64,000 nucleotides of DNA from an uncultured Microthrixaceae bacterium (GTDB taxonomy: Bacteria > Actinomycetota > Acidimicrobiia > Acidimicrobiales > DATDAH01), in NCBI GenBank assembly GCA_964649545.1, contig CAZYPY010000002.1:7050-71049 (forward strand), written 5' to 3'. A program made the translations under genes and the position numbers. The notes under the pieces were generated by a model. That model did not search any database. It was not told the origin of the DNA and saw only the letters and a list, made by a program, of their open reading frames with translations. Positions 28,928-39,081 of the stretch are shown here, in pieces. Every line of letters begins with the position of its first letter. Position 1 is the first letter of the stretch.

Positions 28928-29869
28928 GTGGGTCGGGTCGTCGTCACCGGCGGGGCCGGCTTCCTCGGTTCGCACCTGTCCACCCTGCTGGTCGAGCGGG
29001 GCGACGAGGTCGTCGCCGTCGACGACCTGTCGACGGGCTCGCGGGACAACCTCGCCCACCTCGACGGCCACGAGCGCTTCACGTTCGTCGAGCACGACGT
29101 CAGCGCCGGCCTCCCCGTGTCGGGCGCGGTGGACGGCATCGTGCACATGGCGAGCCCCGCTTCGGTGCCGGACTACCTCTCGCGGCCCATCGAGACCCTC
29201 GACGTCGGCAGTCTCGGCACCCGCCACGGCCTCGACCTGGCCCGGGTCACGGGCGCCCGCTTCGTGCTGGCCTCGACCAGCGAGGTCTACGGCGACCCGC
29301 TCGAGCACCCCCAGACCGAGGCCTACTGGGGCAACGTCAACCCGGTCGGGCCGCGCAGCGTCTACGACGAGGCCAAGCGCTTCGCCGAGGCCATGACCAT
29401 GGCCTTCCACCGCACCCACGGGGTCAGCGTCGGGATCGTGCGCACGTTCAACACCTACGGCCCCCACCTGCGCCCTTCCGACGGTCGGGTGGTGTCGAAC
29501 TTCCTCGTGCAGGCCCTGCGGGGCGAGCCCCTCACCGTGTACGGCGACGGCACCCAGACCCGCAGCTTCTGCTACGTCGACGACCAGGTGCGGGGCTACG
29601 CGGCGCTGCTCGACACGCCCGGGGTCACCGGTCCGGTCAACATCGGCAACCCGGTCGAGTTCACCATGCTCGAGCTCGCCGAACTGGTGATCGAGGTCAC
29701 GGGCTCGTCGTCCACGGTCACCCACGAGGACCTGCCGGTCGACGATCCGACGCAACGCCGCCCCGACATCACCCTGGCCGGCGAGCAGCTGGGCTGGAAG
29801 CCCACCATCGAGCTCCGCGACGGCCTCGAGCGCACCGCCGCCTGGCTGCGGGAGCGCCTCGGCCGGTAG
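28928..29869 (+). CDS. uxs: UDP-glucuronate decarboxylase (UDP-xylose synthase)
   Basis: [29 protein letters not shown], and [14 protein letters not shown], which is typical of UXS. The GTG lies 2 nt after the ugd stop. Confidence 0.85.
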   Translation: MGRVVVTGGAGFLGSHLSTLLVERGDEVVAVDDLSTGSRDNLAHLDGHERFTFVEHDVSAGLPVSGAVDGIVHMASPASVPDYLSRPIETLDVGSLGTRHGLDLARVTGARFVLASTSEVYGDPLEHPQTEAYWGNVNPVGPRSVYDEAKRFAEAMTMAFHRTHGVSVGIVRTFNTYGPHLRPSDGRVVSNFLVQALRGEPLTVYGDGTQTRSFCYVDDQVRGYAALLDTPGVTGPVNIGNPVEFTMLELAELVIEVTGSSSTVTHEDLPVDDPTQRRPDITLAGEQLGWKPTIELRDGLERTAAWLRERLGR

Positions 29870-29990
29870 CCCCTCCTGCGCCGCCCTCCGTTCTGGCGTC
29901 ACGAGCGCCCGCCGAGCGGGCATCGGTGACGCAAGATCGCCGGGAGTGGGGTGCCTCGGCCGCCCGGTCGGGGGGCCGGACCAGGACAGG

Positions 29991-30953
29991 TCAGACGGGG
30001 CGGGCCTCGGCCTCGTCGCGGTGCTCGAGGTACCAGGCGTGGGTCGCGGCGAGGCCGTCGGCGAAGCTGGTGGTGGCCTTGAAGCCGAACGCGGCCTCCG
30101 CCCGCCCGGCATCGACCCGGCGTCGGGGCTGGCCGTCGGGCTTGGAGTGGTCCCAGACGATCTCGCCCTCGAAGCCGGTCACCTCGACGATGGTCTCCAC
30201 GAGCTCGGAGATCGGGGTCTCGTGGTTCGCGCCCAGGTTCACGGGGTCGCCCTCGTCGTAGTGCTCGGCCGCCAGCAGGATGCCTTCCGCAGCGTCGTCC
30301 ACGTAGAGGAACTCGCGGCTGGCCTGACCGGTGCCCCACACCACGATGTGGTCGTCGCCGGCCTCCTTGGCGTCGACGCACTTCTTCATGAGCGCGGGGA
30401 TCACGTGCGAGACGTCGGGGTGGAACTTGTCGCCCGGGCCGTAGAGGTTGGTGGGCATGAGGTAGACGGCGTTCTGGCCGTACTGCGCACGGTTGGCCTG
30501 CGCCTGCATCAGCTGCGCGAGCTTCGCGATGCCGTAGGGCGCATTGGTCTCCTCGGGGAAGCCCTGCCAGAGCGAGTCCTCGGAGAACGGCACCGGCGTG
30601 AACTTGGGGTACGAGCAGATCGTGCCGATCATGACCGTCTTCGGCGTCTCGCGGCGTCGTGCCTCCTCGAGCACGTAGGTGCCCATGAGCAGGTTGTCGA
30701 GGTACAGGTCCGCGGGGCGCTTCTGGTTGGCGCCGATCCCGCCGACCCGCGCCGCCAGGTGGATGACCAGGTCGGGCTCGGTCTCGGCGAACAGCGCCTC
30801 GGTGGCGTCCGGTCGACGCAGGTCGAAGTCGGCGCTGCCGGGCGCCATGACGTGGGCGGCGCTGCGGGCGTCGAGGCCGGCGAGCACGGCTCGGCCGAGG
30901 AAGCCGCGACCACCCGTGACCAGCACGCGTCGATCGGCCCAGAACGCGGTCAC
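29991..30953 (-). CDS. fcl: GDP-L-fucose synthase (GDP-4-keto-6-deoxymannose 3,5-epimerase/4-reductase)
   Basis: VLVTGGRGFLG, PTNLYGPGD, GTGQASREFLYVDD. The GTG at 30953 has GGAG 8 nt upstream. Confidence 0.85.
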   Translation of the reverse strand: MTAFWADRRVLVTGGRGFLGRAVLAGLDARSAAHVMAPGSADFDLRRPDATEALFAETEPDLVIHLAARVGGIGANQKRPADLYLDNLLMGTYVLEEARRRETPKTVMIGTICSYPKFTPVPFSEDSLWQGFPEETNAPYGIAKLAQLMQAQANRAQYGQNAVYLMPTNLYGPGDKFHPDVSHVIPALMKKCVDAKEAGDDHIVVWGTGQASREFLYVDDAAEGILLAAEHYDEGDPVNLGANHETPISELVETIVEVTGFEGEIVWDHSKPDGQPRRRVDAGRAEAAFGFKATTSFADGLAATHAWYLEHRDEAEARPV

Positions 30954-30971
30954 CGGCACGACTCCACAGCC

Positions 30972-32120
30972 ATGGGTCGCAATCGTACCGGGGGGGCTGA
31001 CACACTCCTGCGGGTGGTCGCCGTGCCCCGGGTCGCCGTGACCCTCGAGCAGTGCTGGCACGCCGTGCCCGGCGGGACGGCCACCTCGGCCATCGCCGCC
31101 ACGGCCGCGCTCGACCGACGGGACGACGTGGGGCTCGTGGGCGTCTCTGCCCGCCACTCCGGCCCGCCCCCCGCACCCTTCGTGCCGCCCATCGCCACCC
31201 GGCCGCTGCGGTTGCCTCGGCTCGCGCTGTACGAGTCCTGGCACGTCCTGCGCCGACCACCGGTGGAGGCCGCCACCGGCCCGGTCGACGCGATCTGGGT
31301 CACCGGCGGGGCGGTGCCTCCCCGGTCGGCCCCGATGGTGGTGACCGTCCACGACCTGGCCTTCGTGCACCGTCCCGAGCACTTCACCGCCAAGGGCCGG
31401 CGGTTCTTCCGCCAGGCGACCGAGTGCGCCCGGCGGGATGCCGACCTGGTGCTCTGCCCGTCGCAGGTCACGGCCGACGACTGCGTCGCGCACGGCTTCG
31501 CGGCCGATCGTCTGCGGGTGGTGCCCTGGGGGGTCGGTCAGCACCGGGCCGGCGCCGACGAGATCGCGGAGGTCGCCCTCCGGCACGGCCTCGAGCGGCC
31601 CTACGTCCTCTCGGTGGGGACGGCCGAGCCCCGCAAGAACCTCGGCGCCGTGTTCGGCGCCTTCGCCCGGCTCCGGCGCGAGGACGTCGACCTGGTCGTC
31701 GTCGGGCCGAGCGGTTGGGGGGAGGACCTCCTCGCCCTCGCCGGCGCGGTGCCCCGGGAGCGGGTGCACCTGCTCGGCTTCGTGCCTGCGGCCGACCTGC
31801 CCGGCCTCTACGGCGGCGCCGCCGCGTTCTGCTACCCGAGCCTGCTCGAGGGGTTCGGCCTGCCCGTGCTCGAGGCCATGGCCCAGGCGGCCCCGGTGGT
31901 CACGAGCGCCGGCACCGCGACGGCCGAGGTCGCGGGCGACGCCGCGCTCCTCGTCGAGCCCACCGACCACGACGCGGTGGCCGCCGCGCTGGCCGGCCTC
32001 ATCGACGACCCTGACGCGGCCCGCCGCCTGGGCGACGCCGCCCGCCGGCGCGCCGAGACCTTCACGTGGGACCGCACCGCCGCACTCGTGGCCGAGGCCC
32101 TCCACGAGGTCACCTCATGA
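30972..32120 (+). CDS. Glycosyltransferase family 4 (GT-B, Glycos_transf_1)
   Basis: VGTAEPRKN...CYPSLLEGFGLPVLEAMAQAAPVVTS is the EX7E region. Start is ATG 30972, or GTG 31014/31023. Confidence 0.8.
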   Translation: MGRNRTGGADTLLRVVAVPRVAVTLEQCWHAVPGGTATSAIAATAALDRRDDVGLVGVSARHSGPPPAPFVPPIATRPLRLPRLALYESWHVLRRPPVEAATGPVDAIWVTGGAVPPRSAPMVVTVHDLAFVHRPEHFTAKGRRFFRQATECARRDADLVLCPSQVTADDCVAHGFAADRLRVVPWGVGQHRAGADEIAEVALRHGLERPYVLSVGTAEPRKNLGAVFGAFARLRREDVDLVVVGPSGWGEDLLALAGAVPRERVHLLGFVPAADLPGLYGGAAAFCYPSLLEGFGLPVLEAMAQAAPVVTSAGTATAEVAGDAALLVEPTDHDAVAAALAGLIDDPDAARRLGDAARRRAETFTWDRTAALVAEALHEVTS

Positions 32121-33265
32121 CCGACCGTCGTACCCAGGACGGACCGCCCCGGGTCGCGGTCAACCTGCTGTGGTTGGTGCCCGGCGTCGTGGGCGGGTCG
32201 GAGGAGTACACCATCCGGGCCCTCCTGGGGTTCGCCGAGCAGGACGAGCCCGGCCCGGACATCACCGTGTTCTGCCTGCGGGCCTTCGTCGACGCCCACC
32301 CGGAGGTCGCCGAGGCGTTCCCCACGGTCACGCTGCCCATCACGGGCCGGGAGAAGTCCATGCGCCTCGCGGCCGAGAGCTCCTGGCTCGGCTACCAGTG
32401 CCTGCACCACGACATCGACCTGGTGCACCACGCCGGCGGGATCATGCCCCCGGTCCGCGGGGCCCCGGGGGTGCTCACCATCCACGACCTCCAGCCCTTC
32501 GTCATGCCGGAGCACTTCAGTCCGGTGAAGCGAAACTTCAGTCGGATCGCGATCCCGCGCTCGGTGAAGGCGGCCCGGCTCGTGCTCACCCCGAGCGAGT
32601 ACACCCGCCGTTCCGTGGCCGAGCTGCTGGAGGCCGACCTCGACGACATCCTGGTCGTGCCCCACGGCGTGTCGCCGACCCCCGACCCGGGGACGCCCGA
32701 GGACGAGGTGAGGGCACGCTACGAGTTGGGCGACCGGCCGTTCTTCGTGTTCCCGGCCATCACCTATCCCCACAAGAACCACCTGCTGCTCGTCCGTGCG
32801 TTGCCGGCCGTGCCCGACGCGATCCTCGTGCTGACCGGCGGGGCGGCGCAGACGGAGAAGGCGGTGCTCGCCGAGGCGGAGGCGTTGGGGGTCGCCGGCC
32901 GCGTCCGTCGCCCCGGTCGGGTGCCTCGCGCGGACCTCGACGGCCTCCTGGACGCGGCCACGGCCCTGCTCTTCCCCTCCCGGTTCGAGGGCTTCGGAGC
33001 GCCGGTGCTCGAGGCCATGAGCCGCGGCTGCCCGGTCGTGGCCGCCGACGCGACCGCGCTGCCCGAGGTCGTCGGCGACGCCGGTATCTTGCTTCCGCCC
33101 GACGAGCCCGAGGAGTGGAGCCGGGTCATGCACGAGCTGATCGCCGACCCCGAGCGCCGTCGTGAGCTGGCTGCGGCGGGCCGCGCCCGCGCCGCCCTGT
33201 ACCCCTGGGGTCGATCGGCGGACGCGCTCCGCCGCGCCTACGCCCGGGGCCTGGAGCTGGCGTGA
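32117..33265 (+). CDS. Glycosyltransferase family 4
   Basis: LFPSRFEGFGAPVLEAMSRGCPVVAAD. ATGA overlap with the upstream GT4 gene. Confidence 0.8.
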   Translation: MTDRRTQDGPPRVAVNLLWLVPGVVGGSEEYTIRALLGFAEQDEPGPDITVFCLRAFVDAHPEVAEAFPTVTLPITGREKSMRLAAESSWLGYQCLHHDIDLVHHAGGIMPPVRGAPGVLTIHDLQPFVMPEHFSPVKRNFSRIAIPRSVKAARLVLTPSEYTRRSVAELLEADLDDILVVPHGVSPTPDPGTPEDEVRARYELGDRPFFVFPAITYPHKNHLLLVRALPAVPDAILVLTGGAAQTEKAVLAEAEALGVAGRVRRPGRVPRADLDGLLDAATALLFPSRFEGFGAPVLEAMSRGCPVVAADATALPEVVGDAGILLPPDEPEEWSRVMHELIADPERRRELAAAGRARAALYPWGRSADALRRAYARGLELA

Positions 33266-34494
33266 ACCTGACCATCCTCTGCCCGCACTTCGCCCCGGAC
33301 CTGGCTCCAACGGGCGAGGTCATGTCGAGCATCGCCGAGGGCTGGGTCGCCCAGGGCCATCGCCTGCACGTGGTCACCGCGCTGCCGTGGTACGTCCACC
33401 ACGCCATCGAGCCGGGCTGGGAGGGCCGTCTGGTCCGTCACGAGGACGTGCCGTGGGGGCGGATCACGCGGGTGCACCCGTTCCCGACGGACAAGACGAA
33501 CATCCCGGCCCGTGCCCTGGCCTTCGGCGGGTTCACCGTGCTGTCCGGGATCATGGCCGCGGTCGGCCGGACCCGACCCGACGCGGTCCTGGCCATGTCC
33601 CCACCCCTGACCCTCGGCCTCGCCGGCTGGATGGTGGCCCGGGCCCGGCGGGTGCCGTTCGTGTTCAACATCCAGGACGTCTTCCCCGATGTCGCCATCG
33701 AAGCCGGTGTGCTGAACGGCGAGCGGGCCATCCGGGCGGCGTACCGCATGGAGCGGTTCGCCTACGAGCGCTCGGACGCAGTGACCGTCCTTTCCGACGA
33801 CCTGCGCGACAACGTGATCGCCAAGCTGCCGGCGGCCCAGGCGGCGAAGGTGCACGTGATCCCCAACTTCATCGACACGGGCCGGGTGGCGCCGGGGGAG
33901 CGCGACAACGCCTACCGGCGGGAGTTCGGGCTCGAGGGCAAGACCGTGGTGATGTACGCCGGCAACCTCGGCTTCAGCCAGCCCGTCGAGCTGCTGCTGG
34001 ACGCGGCCGCCGCGCTCCAGGACGAGCCCGACCTGGCCTTCGTGGTCAACGGTGGCGGCTCGGCCCGCGAGGCGTTGGTCGAGCGGGCCAAGGGGCTCGA
34101 CAACGTCACCTTCGTCGGCCTCCAGCCCAAGGACCGCCTGGCCGAGGTCCTCGCCGCCGCGGACGTGCACGTCGTGCTCCTGCGGTCGGGCCTGGCCCGG
34201 GCGAGCGTCCCCTCCAAGCTGTACTCGATCCTCGCCGCGGCTCGGCCCTTGGTCGCATCGGTCGACCCTGGCACCGAGGTGGCCAACACGGTCGAGCGCG
34301 CCGGTGCCGGGCTGTCCGTGCCCCCCGGTGACGCCGAGGCCCTCACCAAGGCATTGCGCCACCTCGTCGAGCACCCGGACGAGGCGAGGGCGATGGGCGA
34401 GTCCGGCCGTCGCTTCGTGGAGGCCTGGCCGTCGCCGGCGGACGTCGCCGAGCGCTACGCCGAGCTGTTCCGCTCATTGATCTCGGCTCGCTGA
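33262..34494 (+). CDS. Glycosyltransferase family 4, WcaI-like
   Basis: NLTILCPHFAPDLAPTGEVM...FVFNIQDVFPD is a WcaI-type N-terminus. GTGA overlap with the upstream gene. Confidence 0.75.
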   Translation: MNLTILCPHFAPDLAPTGEVMSSIAEGWVAQGHRLHVVTALPWYVHHAIEPGWEGRLVRHEDVPWGRITRVHPFPTDKTNIPARALAFGGFTVLSGIMAAVGRTRPDAVLAMSPPLTLGLAGWMVARARRVPFVFNIQDVFPDVAIEAGVLNGERAIRAAYRMERFAYERSDAVTVLSDDLRDNVIAKLPAAQAAKVHVIPNFIDTGRVAPGERDNAYRREFGLEGKTVVMYAGNLGFSQPVELLLDAAAALQDEPDLAFVVNGGGSAREALVERAKGLDNVTFVGLQPKDRLAEVLAAADVHVVLLRSGLARASVPSKLYSILAAARPLVASVDPGTEVANTVERAGAGLSVPPGDAEALTKALRHLVEHPDEARAMGESGRRFVEAWPSPADVAERYAELFRSLISAR

Positions 34495-34558
34495 GGCCAC
34501 CGCGGCCTCGGCGCCTGCTCGGGAATCGGACCGACCGGGCGGTAACCTCGGTGACCTT

Positions 34559-35341
34559 ATGGGAAAGGCATCCTCAGCGAAGAAGGTGGCCCGGGTCGCC
34601 CGGGCGGGCGGCGGCGGAGGCTCGACCAAGCGGTCGAAGCCGATGTTCCCGGTCGCCATCGGCGCGATCGTGGTCCTCGGCGTCGGTCTCATCGTGTTCG
34701 CCCGCACGTCGACCCAGGAGGCCGCGGCCGAGGCGCCGGTGGCCAACCAGGACCACTGGCACGCAGCGTACGGCATCCGCCTGTGCGGTGACGGGTTCCT
34801 CGCCCCGATCCAGGTGCAGGACGACCCCGTGGGCATCCACACCCACGGCGACGGCATCATCCACGTGCACCCCTTCACCAATTCCGCCAGCGGCGAGAAC
34901 GCCACCTTGGGCGAGTTCCTCGACGCTGCGGGCATCACCGTGGACGACGACGAGATCGAGGTCGGCGACACCAGGGTCAAGGAAGGCGAGGACACCTGTG
35001 GTGCCGACCGGAAGCCTGGTGTCGTCCAGGTCGCGGTGTGGGAGAACGCCCGCGACACCGAGGGCACCGAGCCCGAGATCGTCACCGAGGACATCCGGGG
35101 CATCCGGTTCGTCAACGACTCGATGGCCATGACCATCGCCTTCGCCCCCGCGGGCGCGGAGCTTCCGGCCCCGCCGACCATCCCGACCCTCGACAACTTG
35201 TCCGACGTGCCGGGCAGCAGCAGTACCGCCACCTCCCTCTTCGACCCCGCCACGGCGACGTCGCTGCCGGCCGCGACCGGTGAGCCGAGCGACGCCACGG
35301 CGACGACCGAGGCCTCCACCGCCACCACCGCGGCGCCGTGA
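34559..35341 (+). CDS. Hypothetical membrane-anchored exported protein with a His cluster and a Thr/Ala/Ser-rich tail
   Basis: Single TM helix (MFPVAIGAIVVLGVGLIVFA). DHWHAAYG...GIHTHGDGIIHVHPF. Good GC3 codon bias. The stop overlaps the manC start. Confidence 0.6.
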   Translation: MGKASSAKKVARVARAGGGGGSTKRSKPMFPVAIGAIVVLGVGLIVFARTSTQEAAAEAPVANQDHWHAAYGIRLCGDGFLAPIQVQDDPVGIHTHGDGIIHVHPFTNSASGENATLGEFLDAAGITVDDDEIEVGDTRVKEGEDTCGADRKPGVVQVAVWENARDTEGTEPEIVTEDIRGIRFVNDSMAMTIAFAPAGAELPAPPTIPTLDNLSDVPGSSSTATSLFDPATATSLPAATGEPSDATATTEASTATTAAP

Positions 35342-36351
35342 GGGCGGTCGTGCTGGTGGGCGGGTTCGGCACCCGCCTACGTCCGCTCACCGCCCACACC
35401 CCGAAGCAGATGCTGCCGGTGGTCGATCGGCCCATGATCGAGCACGTGGTGGCCCACCTGGCCGAGCACGGTGTCGACGATGCCGTGCTCTCGCTCGGCT
35501 ATCGCCCCGACGCGTTCCTGGAGGCCTACCCCGAGGGTCGCTGCGCCGGCGTGAGCCTGCACTACGCGGTCGAGCCCGAGCCGCTCGACACCGCCGGCGC
35601 CATCCGCTTCGCGGCGCTCGACGCCGGGATCGACGACACGTTCGTGGTCCTGAACGGCGACGTGCTCACGGATTTCGACCTCGGCAAGCTGCTGTCGCGC
35701 CACGCCGAGGCGGGTGCCGAGGGCACCATCCACCTCACCCCGGTGGACGACCCGTCGCGCTACGGCGTCGTCCCGACCGACGAGGACGGCCGGGTCGAGG
35801 CCTTCATCGAGAAGCCACCCCGCGAGAGCGCACCCAGCAACTGGATCAACGCCGGCACCTACGTGCTCGAGCCCTCGGTGATCGGGCGCATCCCCGATGG
35901 TCGCCGGGTCTCGATCGAGCGTGAGACCTTCCCGGCCATGGTCGCCGCCGGTTCGCTCTACGCGGTGGAATCCGACGACTACTGGATCGACGCCGGGACG
36001 CCCGCCGCCTACCTGCGGGCACAGCTCGACCTGATCGACGGCCATCGGGCCGCCGGCCCGGTCGACGGCGTGAGCCCGTCGGCGCTGGTCGACGAGGCGA
36101 CGGTGCGCCACTCGGTGCTCATGGACGGCGTGGTGATCGAGGAGGGCGCGGTCGTGATCGATTCGGTGCTGCTGCCCGGCGCCCGCGTGGAGTCGGGCGG
36201 GGAGGTCACGGGCTCGGTGATCGGGCCCGGAGCGCTCGTCGAGGAGGGTGCGGTCGTCACCAACCTCTCGGTGCTCGGCGAGGGTGCGGTCGTGGAGGCA
36301 GGCGAGCTCCTCGACGGCGAGACGCGCCCGGACGAGGAGGGCGGATCGTGA
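35338..36351 (+). CDS. manC: Mannose-1-phosphate guanylyltransferase-like NDP-sugar pyrophosphorylase with a left-handed beta-helix tail
   Basis: AVVLVGGFGTRLRPLTAHTPKQMLPV. The hexapeptide-repeat C-terminus resembles mycobacterial Rv3264c. Confidence 0.82.
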   Translation: MRAVVLVGGFGTRLRPLTAHTPKQMLPVVDRPMIEHVVAHLAEHGVDDAVLSLGYRPDAFLEAYPEGRCAGVSLHYAVEPEPLDTAGAIRFAALDAGIDDTFVVLNGDVLTDFDLGKLLSRHAEAGAEGTIHLTPVDDPSRYGVVPTDEDGRVEAFIEKPPRESAPSNWINAGTYVLEPSVIGRIPDGRRVSIERETFPAMVAAGSLYAVESDDYWIDAGTPAAYLRAQLDLIDGHRAAGPVDGVSPSALVDEATVRHSVLMDGVVIEEGAVVIDSVLLPGARVESGGEVTGSVIGPGALVEEGAVVTNLSVLGEGAVVEAGELLDGETRPDEEGGS

Positions 36352-37295
36352 GGGCACTGGTCACGGGCGGGGCCGGGTTCATCGGGTCGACCCTGGTCGA
36401 CCGCCTTCTGGCCGAGGGCCACCAGGTCGATGTGGTCGACGACCTGTCGTCCGGCAACCTGGCCAACCTGGCCGACGCCCGGGCCGACCGGGACCACCCC
36501 GTCACCTTCCACCAGATCGACATCCGTGACGAGGCGGTGGTCGAGCTGATGACCCGCCAGCGGCCCGAGGTCGTGTTCCACCTCGCCGCCCAGGCCGACG
36601 TGCGGGTGTCGGTGGCCCGTCCCGCCTACGACGCCCAGATCAACGTGGTGGGGAGCCTCAACGTGCTCGAGGGCGCCCGGGCCGCCGGTGCCCGCAAGGT
36701 CGTGTTCGCCTCCAGCGGCGGCACCATCTACGGCGAGCCCGACCCCTCCGAGCTGCCGGTCAAGGAGTCGCACCCGCAGCAGCCCCTGTCGCCCTACGGC
36801 GTGGCCAAGAAGGTGGTCGGCGACTACCTGTACGCCTACCGGGCCCTCCACGGCCTCGAGTACACGGCCCTGGCCCTCGCCAACGTCTACGGGCCCCGCC
36901 AGGACCCGCACGGCGAGGCGGGCGTGGTCGCCATCTTCACGGGCAGGCTGCTGGCCGGTGAGCCCTGCACGATCTTCGGCACCGGCGAGCAGACCCGCGA
37001 CTTCATCTACGTCGACGACGTGGTCGACGCCTTCGTCCGGGCCGCGGACCGCGGCAGCGGCCTGCTCGCCAACGTGGGCACCGGCCGTGAGGTCTCGGTG
37101 AACGAGCTCTACGACACGATGGCCGCGGCCGCCGGCGTCACCGAGCCCGCCCTGCGGGCCCCGGCCCGCGCCGGCGAGCTCGACCGCTCGGCCCTCGACA
37201 ACGGCCGCGCCGAGCTGCACCTGGGCTGGACGCCCTGGACCACCCTCGAAGAGGGCACCCGGCAGGTCATCGACTGGTTCCGCGCCCGCGCCTGA
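36348..37295 (+). CDS. galE: NAD-dependent sugar epimerase (UDP-glucose 4-epimerase-like)
   Basis: ALVTGGAGFIGSTL, YGVAKK (YxxxK). 4-nt overlap with manC. Confidence 0.7.
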   Translation: MRALVTGGAGFIGSTLVDRLLAEGHQVDVVDDLSSGNLANLADARADRDHPVTFHQIDIRDEAVVELMTRQRPEVVFHLAAQADVRVSVARPAYDAQINVVGSLNVLEGARAAGARKVVFASSGGTIYGEPDPSELPVKESHPQQPLSPYGVAKKVVGDYLYAYRALHGLEYTALALANVYGPRQDPHGEAGVVAIFTGRLLAGEPCTIFGTGEQTRDFIYVDDVVDAFVRAADRGSGLLANVGTGREVSVNELYDTMAAAAGVTEPALRAPARAGELDRSALDNGRAELHLGWTPWTTLEEGTRQVIDWFRARA

Positions 37296-37334
37296 GCGGC
37301 GTCCGCGGCGCCTCCGGGCACGCCCGACGGGCGT

Positions 37335-38081
37335 TCAGCGGAAGAGGTCCTCGGCGGGGGAGCGGACGACCTCGTCGTGCACCGAGCCGGTGCGGAGCCA
37401 CGACCGGTCGGCGCCGCGGACGACGGCGACGGGGATGCCGTCGGACTTGCCCATGACCAGCTCGGCCGCGGCGGCGAGCTCGTCCACCACCGCCACCTCG
37501 GTGACCTGCATCTCACGGCCGAGGGCGTCGGGCGTGCCCCGGAGATCGAGGATCGCGCCGATGCCGGCGCAGCCGATCGCGACGTCGGTGACGCCGCGCC
37601 GCCACGGCCGGCCGAAGGTGTCGGAGACGATCACCGCGACCTCGACGCCGGCTCGGGCCCGGATGCCGTCGCGGATGCGGCGGGCCGAGCGGTCGCTGTC
37701 CTCGGGCAACAGGGCGGCCTGGCCCCGCTCGACGTTGGAGAGGTCGACGCCGGCGTTGGCGCACACGAACCCGTGCCGGGTCTCGGCGATCACGAGGTCG
37801 CCCCGGCGCCGGAGCACCCGCACCGACTCGTCCTCGACGACCTGCTTGTGGCTCCGGGGGTCGTCGGGGTCGACCTCGACGATGGCCCCTTCGGCCTTGG
37901 ACACGACCTTCTGGGTGACCACGACGACGTCACCGTCGTGCAGCTCGGTGGCGCCGGCGATCATGCCGGCGAGGTCGTCGCCTCGCCGCACCTCCGGCAG
38001 CCCCACCACCCCGAAGACCTCGAGCCGGCTCACGCGGTGCCCCCGATGACGTCGTTCTGGGACCACGCTGGTGTCGCCCAC
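37335..38081 (-). CDS. cofE: Coenzyme F420-0:L-glutamate ligase (stand-alone CofE domain)
   Basis: GDVVVVTQKVVSKAEG...THGFVCANAGVDLSNV...RPWRRGVTDVAIG. Confidence 0.88.
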   Translation of the reverse strand: MGDTSVVPERRHRGHRVSRLEVFGVVGLPEVRRGDDLAGMIAGATELHDGDVVVVTQKVVSKAEGAIVEVDPDDPRSHKQVVEDESVRVLRRRGDLVIAETRHGFVCANAGVDLSNVERGQAALLPEDSDRSARRIRDGIRARAGVEVAVIVSDTFGRPWRRGVTDVAIGCAGIGAILDLRGTPDALGREMQVTEVAVVDELAAAAELVMGKSDGIPVAVVRGADRSWLRTGSVHDEVVRSPAEDLFR

Positions 38082-38145
38082 AGTCCCCCCACGACGTCAC
38101 GGTGGTCCCAGAACGGGTCGGTGCGGCGGGTGCGTCGGGGGCGGG

Positions 38146-39081
38146 TCATGCGGCGAGGACGGTGCGGCCGAGGGCGGCGGCCTCGTCGGGTCCGGACATG
38201 ATCGTCGGAGCCACGACGCAGTGCATCCCCTCGGCCTCGACCGCGGGCGCCAGGTCGACGTCGGCCTCGTCGATCACGAGGGTGGCGGCCAGGTCGCGGT
38301 AGAGGCGGGCCACGCCGACGACGGACGACTCGTGCCCGAGCTCGCGGAGCAGCCGGTCGGCGGGGCCCTTGAGAGCGGCGCCAGCGATGATCGGCGTCAC
38401 CGCCACCGTGTCGGCCCGGCGGGCCGTGACCGCCTCCCGCACGCCCGGGACGGCCAGCAGCGGGCCGATCGAGACGATGGGGTTCGACGGCGCGATCACG
38501 ACCCGCTCGGCGCCGGCGAGGGCGTCGAGCACGCCGGGGCCCGGGAGGGCGGCGTCGGCGCCGTCGAAGCGCACGGACCGCACGTCGACGTCGTGGCGGC
38601 GCCGCACGAAGTACTCCTGGAAGCCGATCTCGGTGACGTCGCCGTCGCCCTGCTCGTCGATCGTGACCATGGTGCGGAGACGGTCGTCGGTGACGGGCAG
38701 CACCGTCAGCCCGAGCTCCCAGCCCCGGACGATCTCGGCGGTGACCTCGGAGAGCGGCGCCCCTTCGGACAGCCGCTGGGTGCGGTAAAGGTGGGTGCCG
38801 AGGTCGCGGTCACCGAGGTTGAACCAGGTGATGCCGCCGTAGCGGCGCAGGGTGTCCATGGCCTGCCACGTCTCGTCGACGAGGCCCCAGCCGGTCTCGG
38901 GGTTGATGGCGCCGGCGAGCGTGTAGGTGACCGTGTCGAGGTCGGGGCTCACGTGCAGACCGTGCAGCTCCACGTCGTCGGCGGTGTTCACCACCGCGGT
39001 GACGTCCTCGGCGGGGTGCACCGCCAGGATCCCGCGCAGGAGCCGGGCGGCGCCGACCCCGCCGGCGAGGACGGTGATCAC
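38146..39081 (-). CDS. cofD: 2-phospho-L-lactate transferase (CofD/FbiA)
   Basis: [16 protein letters not shown]...VVNTADD...[18 protein letters not shown]. The GTG start overlaps the gmd stop (GTGA). Confidence 0.9.
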   Translation of the reverse strand: MITVLAGGVGAARLLRGILAVHPAEDVTAVVNTADDVELHGLHVSPDLDTVTYTLAGAINPETGWGLVDETWQAMDTLRRYGGITWFNLGDRDLGTHLYRTQRLSEGAPLSEVTAEIVRGWELGLTVLPVTDDRLRTMVTIDEQGDGDVTEIGFQEYFVRRRHDVDVRSVRFDGADAALPGPGVLDALAGAERVVIAPSNPIVSIGPLLAVPGVREAVTARRADTVAVTPIIAGAALKGPADRLLRELGHESSVVGVARLYRDLAATLVIDEADVDLAPAVEAEGMHCVVAPTIMSGPDEAAALGRTVLAA

